A DNA stretch of 64,000 nt. It comes from the human T2T-CHM13v2.0 reference genome, Homo sapiens. Positions 62,671 through 64,000 of this stretch are shown here, in pieces. Positions within the stretch are counted from its first letter, which is position 1. Each line of letters starts with the position of its first letter. Under the pieces are notes generated by a model, which was not told the DNA's origin, searched no databases, and worked only from the letters and a program-made list of their open reading frames with translations. Location: NCBI RefSeq assembly GCF_009914755.1, contig NC_060935.1; one strand, given 5' to 3'. The translations under genes and the position numbers were made by a program.

Positions 62671-64000
62671 TGATAGGTCCGCATATTGGAATCTCTTCCG
62701 CATGGAGATCCAGCAATGCCTCACACAGTTTCATTGCCCGGCACACTGGTCTTTGGGTCAGCAGCCTTCAGCTTCAGACAATTTCCAGTAGAAAGTGAGA
62801 ATAAACTTGCAACAAGAATGCAGAAGCTCCCGGAAAGAAATATGCACTGACAACCAGAGAGAATGACTTGGAAGGATAAAAAGCAGCTTTAGGAAAGCAC
62901 TCAAGGAAAAAACGCCAAGAAAAAGCCGAGCAGAAATATCCCTCGCGTCCCACGAAGAACTCTGTGCTGTATTCCCCAAGGACACTTCAGGACCCTCCGG
63001 GTACCTGAGTTCCAGAGACTTCTGGCAGAAGGACCTCCAGTCTCAAGGTCACTTAACACGTTGCCTCAGAAGCCACTCTCCTGTGCGACCCCTAGCCCGC
63101 CAGGGTTTTCTCTATTGGCTGGCTCCGTTCGCTCTCCACACAGGTCATGAACAGAACTGACCTCCCTGACTCAGCAGCTCTGACAACATCTCTGCTCCAG
63201 AAGGTCAGGTTCCCTGGCAAGCACCAGCACCCTGGCCACACCTGATGTCAAGAGAGAATGATGCATCCTCCTGAATGGTTTGGGCTGAATTGGGAGACCA
63301 AGCCCTTGTCAGTCAAATACCAACAGGGCAGTTCTGAACCTGCCGGGCTGGGTGAGTCATCACCTTCATAAAACAAAATACCCCAATAATTAATACAGAA
63401 CAAATTAATTAAAGGAAGTGAGACCATTGCAGCACCCACTGTGAACGGATGATAATTATTTGCAAACACAGGGAGAGGCTCAGTAAGCATCCAGACTCCT
63501 GCTTCACTGGCAACGAACTAAGCCCTGAAATCCCACGCATCTAAAGGTCAGGAGGAAACGCAGAGCAGAACCCACCCAGCCAACTGCGAGACTGAAGCAG
63601 GTGAGGCCACAGCCCAGGCTTAGCCCTTTGCCTGATCATTTCACCTGCATAAAAATTTCCAGCACCTCTGTCCCTCAGTCATTTACAATTCCAATCCCTC
63701 AGAGGAATAACCACAAGCTTCTCCCTACATTTTTAACAGGAGAAGTGAACGTAAAGGGACACTAATCTTACAGAAGCCACGCGTCACTTCAGCTGAGGCC
63801 TCCCCACCTTTCCAAGCAGTGTCCTAGCCCTGGGCGACTACCCTCGTTCTCAGACGTAGATCCACCAGTGTCTGGACCAGATCCGAACGGCCTTGAATGA
63901 AATGCCCTGTTTACAGATGATTGGAAACGGGAACTATGTCTAACGTGTACTTAATCTGCTCTGTTTTTCCCCTTTTACCATATCCTTCACCTTCTCACAT

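Overview
Primate (very probably human) non-coding genomic DNA. I see no credible host protein-coding exon, tRNA, rRNA or CRISPR array. Every ORF with a recognisable product is LINE-1-derived, and the rest look like Alu, LTR, low-complexity or chance GC-rich frames. Positions 1-22 kb are almost entirely layered transposon relics: old L1M, an older L1PA/L1PB-type ORF2-3' copy, MaLR and MER21 LTRs, MER2 and about 9 Alus/FLAM. Positions 22-37 kb and 51-64 kb are GC-richer, with MIR/L2 relics and unique sequence. Positions 42.8-50.9 kb hold a nested MER63 > L1MA > full-length L1PA4-like stack. The most notable structures are (1) a ~1.19 kb TSD-flanked, AATAAA/poly(A)-terminated retrocopy or orphan 3' transduction inside an old L1, (2) an Alu whose TSDs enclose a 119-bp 5' patchwork partly copied from a site 1.2 kb upstream, (3) a short interstitial telomeric insert with fold-back junctions, and (4) a 63-bp tandem duplication carrying inverted GATA sites. 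I found no evidence for a new gene system. All repeat subfamily names come from remembered consensus motifs and need RepeatMasker/Dfam confirmation.
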